The notes: generated by a model from the letters alone, not told the origin. A stretch of 64,000 nt of DNA from an uncultured Candidatus Saccharibacteria bacterium (GCA_963518445.1 CAUQIU010000001.1:774-64773), one strand, 5' to 3'; numbered from the stretch's first letter, positions 9,965 through 20,184 are shown. Program-made: numbers and translations.

Positions 9965-11821
9965 ATGCATACAGCTGAAACAAAACCCGTCATTACTGAA
10001 CTCCATCTTGAACCTTCTGTTTTAGAGACGTATTATACTCCAGATGCGGCTGATCGAACCGTGGAAGGAGTTATGGAGTTGATGGCTGGTCTGCAGGAGA
10101 GTATGCAAGCGGTGAGATCTGATTGGCGGACAGCGGCCATGGGAGACCGACAACTCTTGGAGCAACTGGCGGCGCCGCACGTTGAACGCATCAATGTGTC
10201 GAGGCGTAAAGACCATCCAGAAGAGCCGGATATAGCAGTGAGCAAGATTAGCGAGAACTTTTTGCTGGGCTTGGCTGAACCTGACTGGGAGGGGCAGATG
10301 CCGCGCGACACAAGCGAAGAGGAGCTGCAGCGTTGGGAGGATTTTAAAAATGAGCATCCTGATGTGGCTGACAATCTGGAAGATTGGTACATGTACCATG
10401 CGAAATTACATGAGCTACGCAAAGACGCTGTGCTCATGAAGGAATTTGACGAGGAGTACCGCGGCGAACAGATGGCGGCAACTCGGGCGGCGGCTGAGTT
10501 CTTGCGTGCTCAGGACAGAAAAGATGAAATCAGTAGGCGGATGGCAAGTTTGCGTGCTAAGGCGGTAAAAATGGGGCGTCCTTTGACGGCAGGCGAAAGG
10601 CGGAAAATAACCGCATGGCAAAAGCAGTTGTCTGAGGTTGATGACAATATCGATATTCCGCCAAATAGCAGCAAGGAAAGGTTTTTAGAAGAAGTAACCC
10701 GTCTACAGGTCCGTGAATGGAAACGACAACTGGACAGCGGCCTGTTGATGACCGAGCAGATGCAGACAATCATTGACGAGACGCTGCCGGCTATGGTGCG
10801 GGGTGAGCCAACGTTGTTTGTGGGTGAGACAGGTGGTGCCAAAACTGCTCTGGCGGAGTACATGGTACAAACCTATTTTGGTGTTGATCCTGAGTTTGTC
10901 AGTGCATATGGCGATGTTAATAGCTACCAGTTGATGGGTAAGCAAGAGCTAAAGGCTGAGGGTGAAAAAATGGAATGGGATCAGATATTCCAGGAGCTCA
11001 AAGATCGTGATATTGACTGGGATAAGCTGAGTGACGAAACGAGAGCGCAGTTAGTTGTGCAAGGTATGCAGATGATTAATTTACCGGGCTCAACTGAATC
11101 CGTTTGGGTTCCAGGTCCAGTCGTGCGGGCTATAGAAGGTGGTAGGCCACTCATCCTTGATGAAATTAATGCCATGCCGCCAGAACTGTTGAAACGCTTG
11201 AATAAAATCATGCAGCTGCGTCCAGGTGATAGATTTACCGTTCAGGAAGATTCTGGGAAGGTTGTTGAGGTTCAGTCAGGTTTTTGTATCATCGCCACGG
11301 CGAATGAAAAGTCAAAACGCTACAAGGGCGTGGATGATTTGAGCGTTGAGTTCCAAAACCGTTTTGGCGCAAATATCAATCGCGTGCGTTACCCTGACTA
11401 CGACAAGGGCTATGACGAATATCCGCGTGAGAATGCTCAGCTGGCCATGGCGACTGTGGCAACGCAGCGAGGTGAGTTGCCGCCAGACATTGACGAAGGA
11501 GAATTTGAGAACTTTGTGAGAGCAGCTCGATTGAGTCAGCAGATATTTAGCGGTACCAACGGTGAAGGGTACAACCAGTTCATTGACACGGAAAAAATGG
11601 TGGATGATCGTCCTGGTCTGGAGGAAACAGTATTAGCACCACGCACCATGGTGGATATACTACATAAGGTTACTGGCAGTTACGGGACAGTGTCGCTGAA
11701 GCGAGCTTGTCAAACATTTTTGGATGGCATCAAAAACCCAAATGACCGCCAGGTGATGCATCATGTCCTTGAGTATCATGATTTGCTACCAGAGGAACTC
11801 CTTAACGATGAAAGGATATAG
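9965..11821 (+). CDS. AAA_5 (MoxR/midasin/McrB-like) ATPase with an N-terminal helical extension of about 270 aa
   Basis: P-loop LFVGETGGAKTALAEYM, Walker B RPLILDEINAMPPELLKRLNKIM, then FCIIATANEK. Transcribed divergently from the vWA gene. Confidence 0.7.
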   Translation: MHTAETKPVITELHLEPSVLETYYTPDAADRTVEGVMELMAGLQESMQAVRSDWRTAAMGDRQLLEQLAAPHVERINVSRRKDHPEEPDIAVSKISENFLLGLAEPDWEGQMPRDTSEEELQRWEDFKNEHPDVADNLEDWYMYHAKLHELRKDAVLMKEFDEEYRGEQMAATRAAAEFLRAQDRKDEISRRMASLRAKAVKMGRPLTAGERRKITAWQKQLSEVDDNIDIPPNSSKERFLEEVTRLQVREWKRQLDSGLLMTEQMQTIIDETLPAMVRGEPTLFVGETGGAKTALAEYMVQTYFGVDPEFVSAYGDVNSYQLMGKQELKAEGEKMEWDQIFQELKDRDIDWDKLSDETRAQLVVQGMQMINLPGSTESVWVPGPVVRAIEGGRPLILDEINAMPPELLKRLNKIMQLRPGDRFTVQEDSGKVVEVQSGFCIIATANEKSKRYKGVDDLSVEFQNRFGANINRVRYPDYDKGYDEYPRENAQLAMATVATQRGELPPDIDEGEFENFVRAARLSQQIFSGTNGEGYNQFIDTEKMVDDRPGLEETVLAPRTMVDILHKVTGSYGTVSLKRACQTFLDGIKNPNDRQVMHHVLEYHDLLPEELLNDERI

Positions 11822-11829
11822 ACTATTTC

Positions 11830-12741
11830 ATGGCTAACCCTAATCTTCTGTCGCCAAATAGTCGCATCGCTGCTGAGGCTGCGTGGGAACGCGCTCAGGA
11901 AAAGCGTGAAGCTTGGCCTTTTGGGAGCAGTGCAACCTATCAATCACTCGGGGCCGCTTCGCTCCATACGTTAGACGCTGCTGTTGTTAGAGCCAGGGAA
12001 CAAGGAGTGGCGGGATTTAATGGACTGGATGGAATTACCAACCTAGAGACTAGAGAGCTGTTTAAGCGAGACCTTGAAGATTATAAAACGATTTTTGCTG
12101 GAGCGGGTATCGATATGCCGACGCCAGCTGAGTTGGCACAGGGCGGTATTGATTTTAGGCATCTGGCGGAGTTGAAAGAAACATTACCAGAGTATGACTT
12201 GGTTGTGGCGCCACTGACATTGCCGTTGGATTCAGTGCGTCAACTCATATCTGCGGTTGCGCGAGATGAGACTGTGCCGAATAACCCCCTTCGTCTGGCA
12301 GAGGAAAATGATAGCACTAGAAGTGACGGATTACTCATACTGGCATTTGCGGTTAATTGGGATCAAGCCATGACAAGTACTGCGCAAAACTGGCAGCTAC
12401 CAACTATGGATGATGAGCACAGGTGGACGGCTTTTTTGCTACCGAACAATGATGCTACATGGCGTGACAGTCCTCAGAATACTCAGTCAGCACTAGAGGA
12501 AAAAATGACAGTTCCAGTTGTAAGTTATGTCACATATCAGATGTATCGCATTCGCCAGGGGGTACCGCCGCTAGATTTTGAGAGTAGTCGCACAAGGATG
12601 GCGGTATCTAGCGTATATAATAAGACAGATGTGTTGACTGCTTTTTGGGATGGTTCTGAGGGCGGTATAGGTATCAATTACCACATCTACTCGTATGATG
12701 GTCTCATGCAGAATGTGAGGCTCTGCCCTCCTGTTGGATAG
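11830..12741 (+). CDS. Hypothetical protein, paralog B of the pair flanking the vWA/AAA module
   Basis: 303-aa ORF starting 8 nt after the AAA gene. Shares the N-terminal, central and C-terminal motifs of the 7011-7949 product. Confidence 0.6.
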   Translation: MANPNLLSPNSRIAAEAAWERAQEKREAWPFGSSATYQSLGAASLHTLDAAVVRAREQGVAGFNGLDGITNLETRELFKRDLEDYKTIFAGAGIDMPTPAELAQGGIDFRHLAELKETLPEYDLVVAPLTLPLDSVRQLISAVARDETVPNNPLRLAEENDSTRSDGLLILAFAVNWDQAMTSTAQNWQLPTMDDEHRWTAFLLPNNDATWRDSPQNTQSALEEKMTVPVVSYVTYQMYRIRQGVPPLDFESSRTRMAVSSVYNKTDVLTAFWDGSEGGIGINYHIYSYDGLMQNVRLCPPVG

Positions 12742-12880
12742 GGCTATGATCATATATGTAATTTATCAAAATCAATGAGTATTAGGCTTTGTATCTTAAA
12801 ACACTCTTTAATTTTAGGATAAAACAGGGTACAATAGAAAGAGTTTTGAAAATGTCCGAAAGCGAGGGAGTTTTAAGGTT

Positions 12881-15511
12881 ATGGCAATGACACAACAAAA
12901 AGCGCTGAGTAAAGTTTTTGGTGATCCGCAGAAGAAGATTTTGAAGCGGTTGGAAAAGCGCGTTGCAGTAATTAACGGTCTGTCTGAAAAGTATGAAAAA
13001 CTGTCAGATGAGGAATTGCAGGCGCAGACAGAAGCGCTGAGAAAACGGCTGACGAAAAAGAATGTAACGCTGGATACGATTTTGCCAGATGCCTTTGCAG
13101 TGGTGCGTGAGGCAGCCAAACGCGTCATCGGTGAGCGTCCATATGATGTTCAGCTGATCGGTGGTATGGCGCTCCACGAAGGCAATGTGGCTGAGATGAA
13201 GACCGGTGAAGGTAAGACTCTGGTGGCGACACTGCCGACGTACCTCAATGCACTAGAAGGCAAGGGTGTTCACGTGGTGACCGTCAACGACTATCTGGCG
13301 CAGCGCGACGCTGGCTGGATGGGCCAGGTGTATGACTTTTTGGGTCTGACGACTGGTGTGATCATTAACGAAGCGTCATTTGTGTACGATAAGGATTATG
13401 ATAATGAGCATCATGACGATCCACGCATGCGTAAGCTCCGCCCGGTTACGCGTAAAGAGGCCTATGCGGCCGATATCACGTATGGGACGAACAACGAGTT
13501 TGGTTTTGACTATTTGCGCGATAACATGGTCAACGACATGGATTTGCTCAGGCAGCGCGAACTGAACTTTGCCATCGTTGACGAGGTAGACTCAATTTTG
13601 ATCGACGAAGCGCGTACGCCGCTAATCATCTCGGCACCAGCAGCGGAGAACCCAGACAATTACTACACCTTCGCTAAAGTTGCCAGCAAATTAGTGCCAG
13701 AGGACTACGTCCTAGACGAAAAGCGCCGCAGCGTAGCCCTGACCGACGAGGGTGTGGAAAAAGTCCAAAAACTGCTGGGTATAAAAAATTTGTACACGCC
13801 AGACCATGTGCGCAGTGTGTATCACATGGACCAGGCGCTGCGAGCACAAACATTGTTCAAGCGTGACAAAGATTACGTGGTGACCAATGACGGCGAGGTG
13901 ATCATCGTTGATGAGCACACCGGTCGTTTGATGCAAGGGCGCCGCTACAACGAAGGCTTACATCAGGCTATTGAGGCCAAAGAAGGCGTGCCCGTGCTGG
14001 AAGAAAGCATGACGCTGGCGACTATTTCGTTTCAGAATTATTTCCGTCTGTACAATAAACTTTCCGGTATGACTGGTACGGCGTTCACCGAAGCTGAGGA
14101 GTTTCAACAAATTTATTCACTGGACGTTATCCAGATTCCACCGAACAAGCCAGTGATTCGCGATGACAAAGAGGACCTGATTTTCAAGACTGAAAAAGGT
14201 AAGTTGAAGGCGGTGGCTGAAGCCATCAAAGAGTATCACAAGCAAGGCCGGCCGGTACTGGTTGGTTCTGGCTCAATTGCCAAGAATGAGCAGATTGCTA
14301 AATATCTGGAAAAAGAGGGCATCAAGTTTGAGATTTTGAACGCTAAGAATAATGAACGTGAGGCGGCTATCATTGAGAAGGCTGGTGAAAAGGGCGCCAT
14401 TACACTGGCGACAAACATTGCTGGACGTGGTACTGACATTAAGCTGGGTAAGGGAGTCAAGGAATTGGGCGGCCTGGTGGTGATCGGTTCGGAGCGCCAC
14501 GAATCACGACGCATTGACAATCAGCTGCGCGGTCGTGGCGGTCGTCAGGGCGACCCGGGTGAGACGCAGTTCTATGTGTCGACCGAGGATGATTTGATGC
14601 GAATTTTCCAAGGCGAGCGCATCGCGGCGTTGATGGATCGGCTGGGTGTCGACGAAGAAACGCCGATTCAAAACCGCGCGGTGTCAAAGACCTTGGAGGC
14701 AGCCCAGAAGCGCGTCGAAGGTTATAACTTTGATACGCGCAAAAATGTTGTTCAGTACGACAACGTCATCAACCGTCACCGCCGCGTGGTGTATGTCATG
14801 CGCCGCAAGATTTTGGAAGGCGATAACATTAAGCCGGAAATTGAACGCTTGCTCAAAGAAAAAGTGAACGATTCAATACAGCTGCCGCTCAAGAATAATC
14901 CTAATTTTGTGAAAGAATTTGCTGCAGTTATCCCAGTTGATGAGGATGCGCTTACAAAGGCCGGCTCAGAGAAGAAAGATAAATCTCGCGTCCAAAAGGT
15001 GATGAAACTGGCGCGTGAAGCATACGCAGCGAAAGAGGAAGAAATTGGTGATGAAAACTTGCGTGGTGTTGAGCGAGAAGTCTACATGGCAGTGCTCGAT
15101 ACCTTGTGGATGCAGCACTTGGAAAACATGCAGCATCTACGCGAAGGTATTCACTGGCGCAGTGTTGGTCAGCGTGATCCATTGGTTGAGTATCGGTCAG
15201 AGTCACAAAAATTGTTCACGAGTTTGCAGAACAATTTGCGCGACGAAGTCTTGAGCACCATCTTCCGTGTGCGTAAGGCTGACGCCACAGTGCAACAATC
15301 ACAGGATGATGAGTATGACACTGAGCTGACTCGACTCGCTGAAACTGCCGTCGAGAAGGGTGTTAACGAGATAACATCTGGCGAAAAGAATCGTGACGAT
15401 GATTTCTCAGTCAAAAAGGCAAAGACTGCTTCTGAGTCAAATCGTGCCAAAAACGCAGCACGCAAGAAGAAAAAGGCTCAGCGCCAAAACCGCAAAAAGA
15501 ATCGGAAATAA
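12881..15511 (+). CDS. secA: Preprotein translocase ATPase SecA
   Basis: MKTGEGKTLVATLP (Walker A), FAIVDEVDSILIDEARTPLIIS (DEAD-like), TNIAGRGTDIKLG, ESRRIDNQLRGRGGRQGDPG. Confidence 0.95.
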   Translation: MAMTQQKALSKVFGDPQKKILKRLEKRVAVINGLSEKYEKLSDEELQAQTEALRKRLTKKNVTLDTILPDAFAVVREAAKRVIGERPYDVQLIGGMALHEGNVAEMKTGEGKTLVATLPTYLNALEGKGVHVVTVNDYLAQRDAGWMGQVYDFLGLTTGVIINEASFVYDKDYDNEHHDDPRMRKLRPVTRKEAYAADITYGTNNEFGFDYLRDNMVNDMDLLRQRELNFAIVDEVDSILIDEARTPLIISAPAAENPDNYYTFAKVASKLVPEDYVLDEKRRSVALTDEGVEKVQKLLGIKNLYTPDHVRSVYHMDQALRAQTLFKRDKDYVVTNDGEVIIVDEHTGRLMQGRRYNEGLHQAIEAKEGVPVLEESMTLATISFQNYFRLYNKLSGMTGTAFTEAEEFQQIYSLDVIQIPPNKPVIRDDKEDLIFKTEKGKLKAVAEAIKEYHKQGRPVLVGSGSIAKNEQIAKYLEKEGIKFEILNAKNNEREAAIIEKAGEKGAITLATNIAGRGTDIKLGKGVKELGGLVVIGSERHESRRIDNQLRGRGGRQGDPGETQFYVSTEDDLMRIFQGERIAALMDRLGVDEETPIQNRAVSKTLEAAQKRVEGYNFDTRKNVVQYDNVINRHRRVVYVMRRKILEGDNIKPEIERLLKEKVNDSIQLPLKNNPNFVKEFAAVIPVDEDALTKAGSEKKDKSRVQKVMKLAREAYAAKEEEIGDENLRGVEREVYMAVLDTLWMQHLENMQHLREGIHWRSVGQRDPLVEYRSESQKLFTSLQNNLRDEVLSTIFRVRKADATVQQSQDDEYDTELTRLAETAVEKGVNEITSGEKNRDDDFSVKKAKTASESNRAKNAARKKKKAQRQNRKKNRK

Positions 15512-15514
15512 TCC

Positions 15515-16792
15515 ATGAAGCACACAGTTGAAGAAGTACGATTAAAGAACGGTGCTCGGGGGTTGTTGATAGACGTGCCAGATGCTACAGTAATGAGTTT
15601 TCAATTTCATTTTCGGGCGGGCAGTCGCTATGTACGCGACAAAGACATCTACGAAACAGCGCACATCATGGAGCATATGTCGTTTGGTGCTAATGAAAAA
15701 TTTCGTTCACAGGCACTGTATGACCAAGAATTCGTCAAAAACGGAGCGTATTATAACGCCTATACAACAGAATATTCCATGGGCTATGAAGCATTTTGTG
15801 CTGATTTTGAATGGGACAGGGTGTTGGAACTGCAGAGGCTGGCTATCACGGTACCGCGTTTTAATGCCGAAGAATTGGAGGCCGAGAAGGGTAATGTGCG
15901 CTCTGAGCTGACAGGCTATCTGAACAATCACAACCGAGTGATGTGGCCACGGGTACAACAGGCGTTGGGTGAAGATATTTTGACGTACAATCAGCGTCTG
16001 AAGACGATTGCCAACGTAACTTTGAAAGATATCAAAGAACATCACCGTCGAACGCACACTCTGAAGAATATGCGCTTTGTGATTGCTGGTAAAATGACAG
16101 GGCGCAAGTCACGCATCAAGGAAGCGTTGGAAGCCTGGCAATTGGAAGAAGGTGAACGTTTTGAGATTCCTAAGGACAATCTACACAGCGCCGGACCTTT
16201 GTTAATTAGGCGTAAAGAAGCTTCCAACCTGACATTTGGTTGGTCGATGATTGTGCCTCGTGAAATTAGTAATTCTGAAGCCGACGCTATGGGCTGCTTG
16301 AATCACATTTTGACTGGTACATTTAACTCTCGCATTTTTGGGGCAGCTCGCAAGCGAGGATTGGCGTATAGTATTTTTAGCGACACTTCTGTTGGGTTCT
16401 ATGATTCAGCGTGGGACTTCACTGGTCAGGTCAACTTGGAGACGGCCGAAGAGCTGTTTGATATCATCGTCAGTGAACTGAAGCGTGTGCTAAACGGCAA
16501 GATTTCTGCTGAAGACATTGAAAGCGCCAAGTCCTACTCTTTGGGGCGTTATCAAATGGGTGCGCAGACCGTTTCTCAGATCAGTAACTTCTATACCGGT
16601 CGCTATTTCTCAGATGATTTTGTAAAGGATTATACTGGGGTGCCAGCGGCGATTTTGGCAGTGACTGATGAAAAAATTGTGCAAGTGGCGCGTGAGTTTT
16701 TCCAGGCTAACACATGGGTACTAGCTGGAGTGAGCTGTGGCGAAAAAGAACTGCTGGAACGCATCCAAGAAAAGCTGGGAGTATTGTTCTAA
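15515..16792 (+). CDS. M16-family (insulinase/pitrilysin-like) zinc peptidase
   Basis: Inverted zinc motif HxxEH (AHIMEHMSFG) plus a downstream E in NAYTTEYS. Length is typical of M16B. Confidence 0.75.
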   Translation: MKHTVEEVRLKNGARGLLIDVPDATVMSFQFHFRAGSRYVRDKDIYETAHIMEHMSFGANEKFRSQALYDQEFVKNGAYYNAYTTEYSMGYEAFCADFEWDRVLELQRLAITVPRFNAEELEAEKGNVRSELTGYLNNHNRVMWPRVQQALGEDILTYNQRLKTIANVTLKDIKEHHRRTHTLKNMRFVIAGKMTGRKSRIKEALEAWQLEEGERFEIPKDNLHSAGPLLIRRKEASNLTFGWSMIVPREISNSEADAMGCLNHILTGTFNSRIFGAARKRGLAYSIFSDTSVGFYDSAWDFTGQVNLETAEELFDIIVSELKRVLNGKISAEDIESAKSYSLGRYQMGAQTVSQISNFYTGRYFSDDFVKDYTGVPAAILAVTDEKIVQVAREFFQANTWVLAGVSCGEKELLERIQEKLGVLF

Positions 16793-16793
16793 G

Positions 16794-18053
16794 ATGAACA
16801 TTGTCATAGCAGGATATGATGTAGAAGGTAAGTCGAGTTACGCGTATTTTCAGCGCAAATTTCCAGATGCACAATTGACGATAGTGGATGAACGAGAGCT
16901 GTCTGATGTGCCAGCAGGCACTGAGGTCCACACTGGCGCAGAGGTATTTTCTGATCAGTTTTATGACGTTGACATGGTAGTCAGAACGGCTGGACTACCG
17001 CCAAGTCGCATCAAGACCAGTGGCACTATATGGTCGGCGACCAATGAGTTTTTCGCACAGTGTTCAGCGCCCATCATCGGCGTGACGGGGACAAAAGGTA
17101 AAGGGACGACCTGTAGTTTGATCACTAGTATATTGCGCGCTGCTGGCAAAACGGTCCATCTTGTTGGAAATATTGGCGTGCCGTCATTGGACGTGCTGCC
17201 GCAGATTCAGCCGGATGATATCGTGGTGTATGAGTTGAGCAGTTTTCAGTTGTGGGATTTGGAAAAATCTCCGCACGTTGCAGTCGTCTTGATGATTGAG
17301 CCAGATCATCTGGACAGGCATGACGGTTTTGCTGATTATCTTGATGCAAAGGCGCATATTGCTCAGTTCCAGACGGACCAAGATATTATCATTTACAACA
17401 GGAATAATCAGTTCAGCCAGCAGATCGCTGCCAAGTCACCAGCGCGTCAGTTGTCATATCCGATTGATTTATCAGTGGAAATGCAGCACGCGCTCAAATT
17501 GCCAGGCGCGCACAATCAAGAGAATGCCAGTGCAGCAGTGCTAGTTGCCAAGACTGTGATGCCGGAGTTGTCAGATGACGTGATTTGTCAGGGGCTTGCC
17601 GGTTTTACGGGCTTGCCGCATCGGCTCAAATTTGTGGCAGAAAAACGAGGAGTGAAATTTTATGATGATAGCATCTCGACGACGCCAGGCAGTGCAGTGG
17701 CTGCGCTACGGTCATTTCAGCAGCCAAAGGTGATGCTCCTTGGTGGAGCAGACAAAGGCGGTGATTACACGGAGTTGGCCGAGGAATTAGCACGCTCACA
17801 GTCACTAAGAAGTGTGATCGTCAGTGGTGGCAATGCTGATAATATTGCAAAAGCGTTGCAAAAAGCTGGTTTGCCAGATGCGACAATAGTGCAAAAGGGT
17901 GTGATACCGATGACCGAAGTTGTGTGGCATGCCCTCGATATTGCCCAGCCAGGAGATGTTGTAATTTTGAGTCCAGCTGCCGCCAGCTTTGACCAGTACG
18001 CAAACTACACAGCCCGTGGCGAAGCCTTTGTTGAGGCTGTCGCGGAGTTATAA
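16794..18053 (+). CDS. murD: UDP-N-acetylmuramoylalanine--D-glutamate ligase-like Mur ligase
   Basis: GVTGTKGKGTT P-loop, GAHNQENASAA, LPHRLKFV…YDDSISTTPGSAVAAL. Start set to the ATG at 16794 (MNIVIAGYD…), directly after the M16 stop codon. Confidence 0.7.
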   Translation: MNIVIAGYDVEGKSSYAYFQRKFPDAQLTIVDERELSDVPAGTEVHTGAEVFSDQFYDVDMVVRTAGLPPSRIKTSGTIWSATNEFFAQCSAPIIGVTGTKGKGTTCSLITSILRAAGKTVHLVGNIGVPSLDVLPQIQPDDIVVYELSSFQLWDLEKSPHVAVVLMIEPDHLDRHDGFADYLDAKAHIAQFQTDQDIIIYNRNNQFSQQIAAKSPARQLSYPIDLSVEMQHALKLPGAHNQENASAAVLVAKTVMPELSDDVICQGLAGFTGLPHRLKFVAEKRGVKFYDDSISTTPGSAVAALRSFQQPKVMLLGGADKGGDYTELAEELARSQSLRSVIVSGGNADNIAKALQKAGLPDATIVQKGVIPMTEVVWHALDIAQPGDVVILSPAAASFDQYANYTARGEAFVEAVAEL

Positions 18054-18082
18054 GACACGGATCTGGTGGTATAATGGGTTCT

Positions 18083-19171
18083 ATGCAGCCATTGAAAAAA
18101 CGGGTCCAATCTCTTCGCAGTGAAGTCATGCACGCTAAACAAGCGTTACAGTTTGATGCGCTTGCTGAAGAATTGGCGGTACTAGAAGAGCAATTGAACC
18201 AGCCCGAAATTTGGAATAATCCTGACCACGCTCAGTCGGTCGCCAAAAAGGTAGCTGCGTTGCGTCAAACGGTGCAGCCGTGGCAGGTGCTAGGTGTTCA
18301 ACTGGATGATTTGTTGGAACTCATGGAGCTCGGGGATGATGATTTATTGGATGAGTTCACTAAGCAAATAGATGCCCTGGAGGCGGAATTCTCGGCTCGC
18401 AAAACAGACCTGCTATTTAGCGGGAAATATGATGGTCGTGAGGCAGTGGTGCGTATTTCGGCAGGTGTTGGCGGATTGGATGCCCAAGATTTTGCACAGA
18501 TGCTGGAGCGTATGTATTTGCGGTGGGCGGAACGATCTGGCATGAAAACTGATGTTTTGGAGCGGTCTGCGAATGATGATGGTGGTTTGAAAACCGTTGT
18601 GTTGGAAATATCGGGACCGTTTGCGTATGGTAAATTGCGTTCAGAAAATGGCGTGCATCGGCTGGTGCGGCTCAGCCCGTTTAATGCTGATAATTTGCGC
18701 CAGACCAGTTTCGTGCTGGTTGAGGTACTGCCAAAAATTGACACACCAGACGAAGTGGATATTGACCCGAGTGATTTGAAGATAGACGTTTACCGTAGTG
18801 GTGGCAAGGGCGGACAGGGGGTGAATACGACTGACTCAGCAGTTCGTGTCACGCACGTACCGACGGGAATTGTAGTGGCGATTCAAAATGAGCGCAGTCA
18901 GATTCAAAACAAAGAAACTGCGTTGAAAATTTTGCGCTCCAAGTTGTTGGCGATGCAACTCGAGCAGCATGCGGACAGCTTGTCAGATCTCAGGGCTGGT
19001 GAATCGGCTAACTGGGGCAGTCAAATACGAAATTATGTGTTGCATCCATATACACTAGTGAAAGATACTCGGACCAAACATGAAGACCGAGATACGCAGG
19101 GTGTGCTAGACGGTAAAATTGATGATTTTATGACGGCATTTCTTAGTCAAAATGCGTCGAAAGACGAATAA
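18083..19171 (+). CDS. prfB: Peptide chain release factor 2
   Basis: SPF tripeptide (RLSPFNA) and GGQ motif (SGGKGGQGVNTTDSAVRVTH). Uninterrupted ORF. The ATG at 18083 lies 7 nt after TATAAT (18070-18075). Confidence 0.9.
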   Translation: MQPLKKRVQSLRSEVMHAKQALQFDALAEELAVLEEQLNQPEIWNNPDHAQSVAKKVAALRQTVQPWQVLGVQLDDLLELMELGDDDLLDEFTKQIDALEAEFSARKTDLLFSGKYDGREAVVRISAGVGGLDAQDFAQMLERMYLRWAERSGMKTDVLERSANDDGGLKTVVLEISGPFAYGKLRSENGVHRLVRLSPFNADNLRQTSFVLVEVLPKIDTPDEVDIDPSDLKIDVYRSGGKGGQGVNTTDSAVRVTHVPTGIVVAIQNERSQIQNKETALKILRSKLLAMQLEQHADSLSDLRAGESANWGSQIRNYVLHPYTLVKDTRTKHEDRDTQGVLDGKIDDFMTAFLSQNASKDE

Positions 19172-19226
19172 TATTTAGCTACCAAATATCCTTGACTTTT
19201 TAGCAATCAAGTGCTATCATTTGAAT

Positions 19227-19442
19227 ATGAAGGTGTTGGATTTTCAAAAGGTTCAGGAAATTGATTCTCACATTCAAGATTTGCTGAGTGAGTTGAGCAC
19301 GCTCTACCGAGAGCGCAATGAGATTTTTTCTGGCGCAGACAAGGAAACCAAAGCAAAGAAGAATCATCGTATTACACAGCAGTCAACGAACACTTTGGAA
19401 AACCTGGATTTTTCGACATTTGACTTGAGCCTCAAAGACTAG
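19227..19442 (+). CDS. Small hypothetical protein (71 aa)
   Basis: ORF with TTGACT(19192-19197)-17 nt-TATCAT(19215-19220), then an ATG 6 nt downstream. No recognisable motif. Confidence 0.35.
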   Translation: MKVLDFQKVQEIDSHIQDLLSELSTLYRERNEIFSGADKETKAKKNHRITQQSTNTLENLDFSTFDLSLKD

Positions 19443-19500
19443 GTGAAAACAGAAGCATTATATTCGCGCTTTTTGATAAAAAGTGTTACACTAATACAGT

Positions 19501-20184
19501 ATGATTCTGTTGGATAGGGTTACAAAGAGTTACACCAAAACAGGCAAGCCTGCCATCAATCGCGTCAGCGTGCATGTGAAGGCTGGGGAGTTTGTCATTT
19601 TGGTTGGTACGAGCGGTGCTGGTAAATCAACATTGTTGAAATTATTAACACGTGAAGAAAAACCTTCAAGTGGCAAGATTGTTGTTGGTGGTATTGATTA
19701 TGACACGCTCAAAGACAAGCACATTCCGCTACTGCGTCGAAAAATTGGTGTTGTCTTTCAGGACTTTAAGCTTTTGCCAAACCGAACGGTGTTTGAAAAT
19801 GTAGCCTTTGCACTGGAGATTGCTGGGATGACCAACCGTGAGATTAAGTCGACCGTGCCAAAAGTCATTGAACTAGTCGGACTTAAAGGCAAAGAAAAGA
19901 ACTTCCCACATCAGTTGTCTGGTGGTGAGCGCCAGCGAGTGGCGATCGCTAGAGCAGTGGTTCGGCAGCCAAAGATTTTGATCGCTGATGAGCCAACTGG
20001 TAACCTGGACCCTAAGCACAGCTGGGATATCGTGCGGCTGCTGGAGAAGATTAATAAATATGGTACAACGGTGCTGCTGACGACACATAATGTTGATATT
20101 GTGAATAAGTTGAAACGACGGGTGATTACCATTGATCACGGTAAAATTACGTCTGACCAGGCGAGAGGAACATATAAGCAATAA
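19501..20184 (+). CDS. ftsE: Cell-division ABC ATPase FtsE
   Basis: [35 protein letters not shown]. Immediately followed by ftsX. Confidence 0.85.
   Translation: MILLDRVTKSYTKTGKPAINRVSVHVKAGEFVILVGTSGAGKSTLLKLLTREEKPSSGKIVVGGIDYDTLKDKHIPLLRRKIGVVFQDFKLLPNRTVFENVAFALEIAGMTNREIKSTVPKVIELVGLKGKEKNFPHQLSGGERQRVAIARAVVRQPKILIADEPTGNLDPKHSWDIVRLLEKINKYGTTVLLTTHNVDIVNKLKRRVITIDHGKITSDQARGTYKQ

Noticed and set aside
10022-10945. Cluster of 68-134-aa ORFs antisense to the AAA_5 gene. Similar shadows occur at 18298-18744, 21719-22222, 31432-32085, 33678-34103, 34863-35288 and 59728-60243.
   Set aside because: They lie fully inside well-supported genes on the opposite strand, lack start signals and have biased low-complexity composition. 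These are typical shadow ORFs.
18074-19171. I looked for the programmed +1 frameshift site (in-frame UGA near codon 25) typical of prfB.
   Set aside because: The ORF is continuous from the start codon, so this RF2 gene lacks the autoregulatory frameshift. That is true of a sizeable minority of bacteria and is not anomalous.
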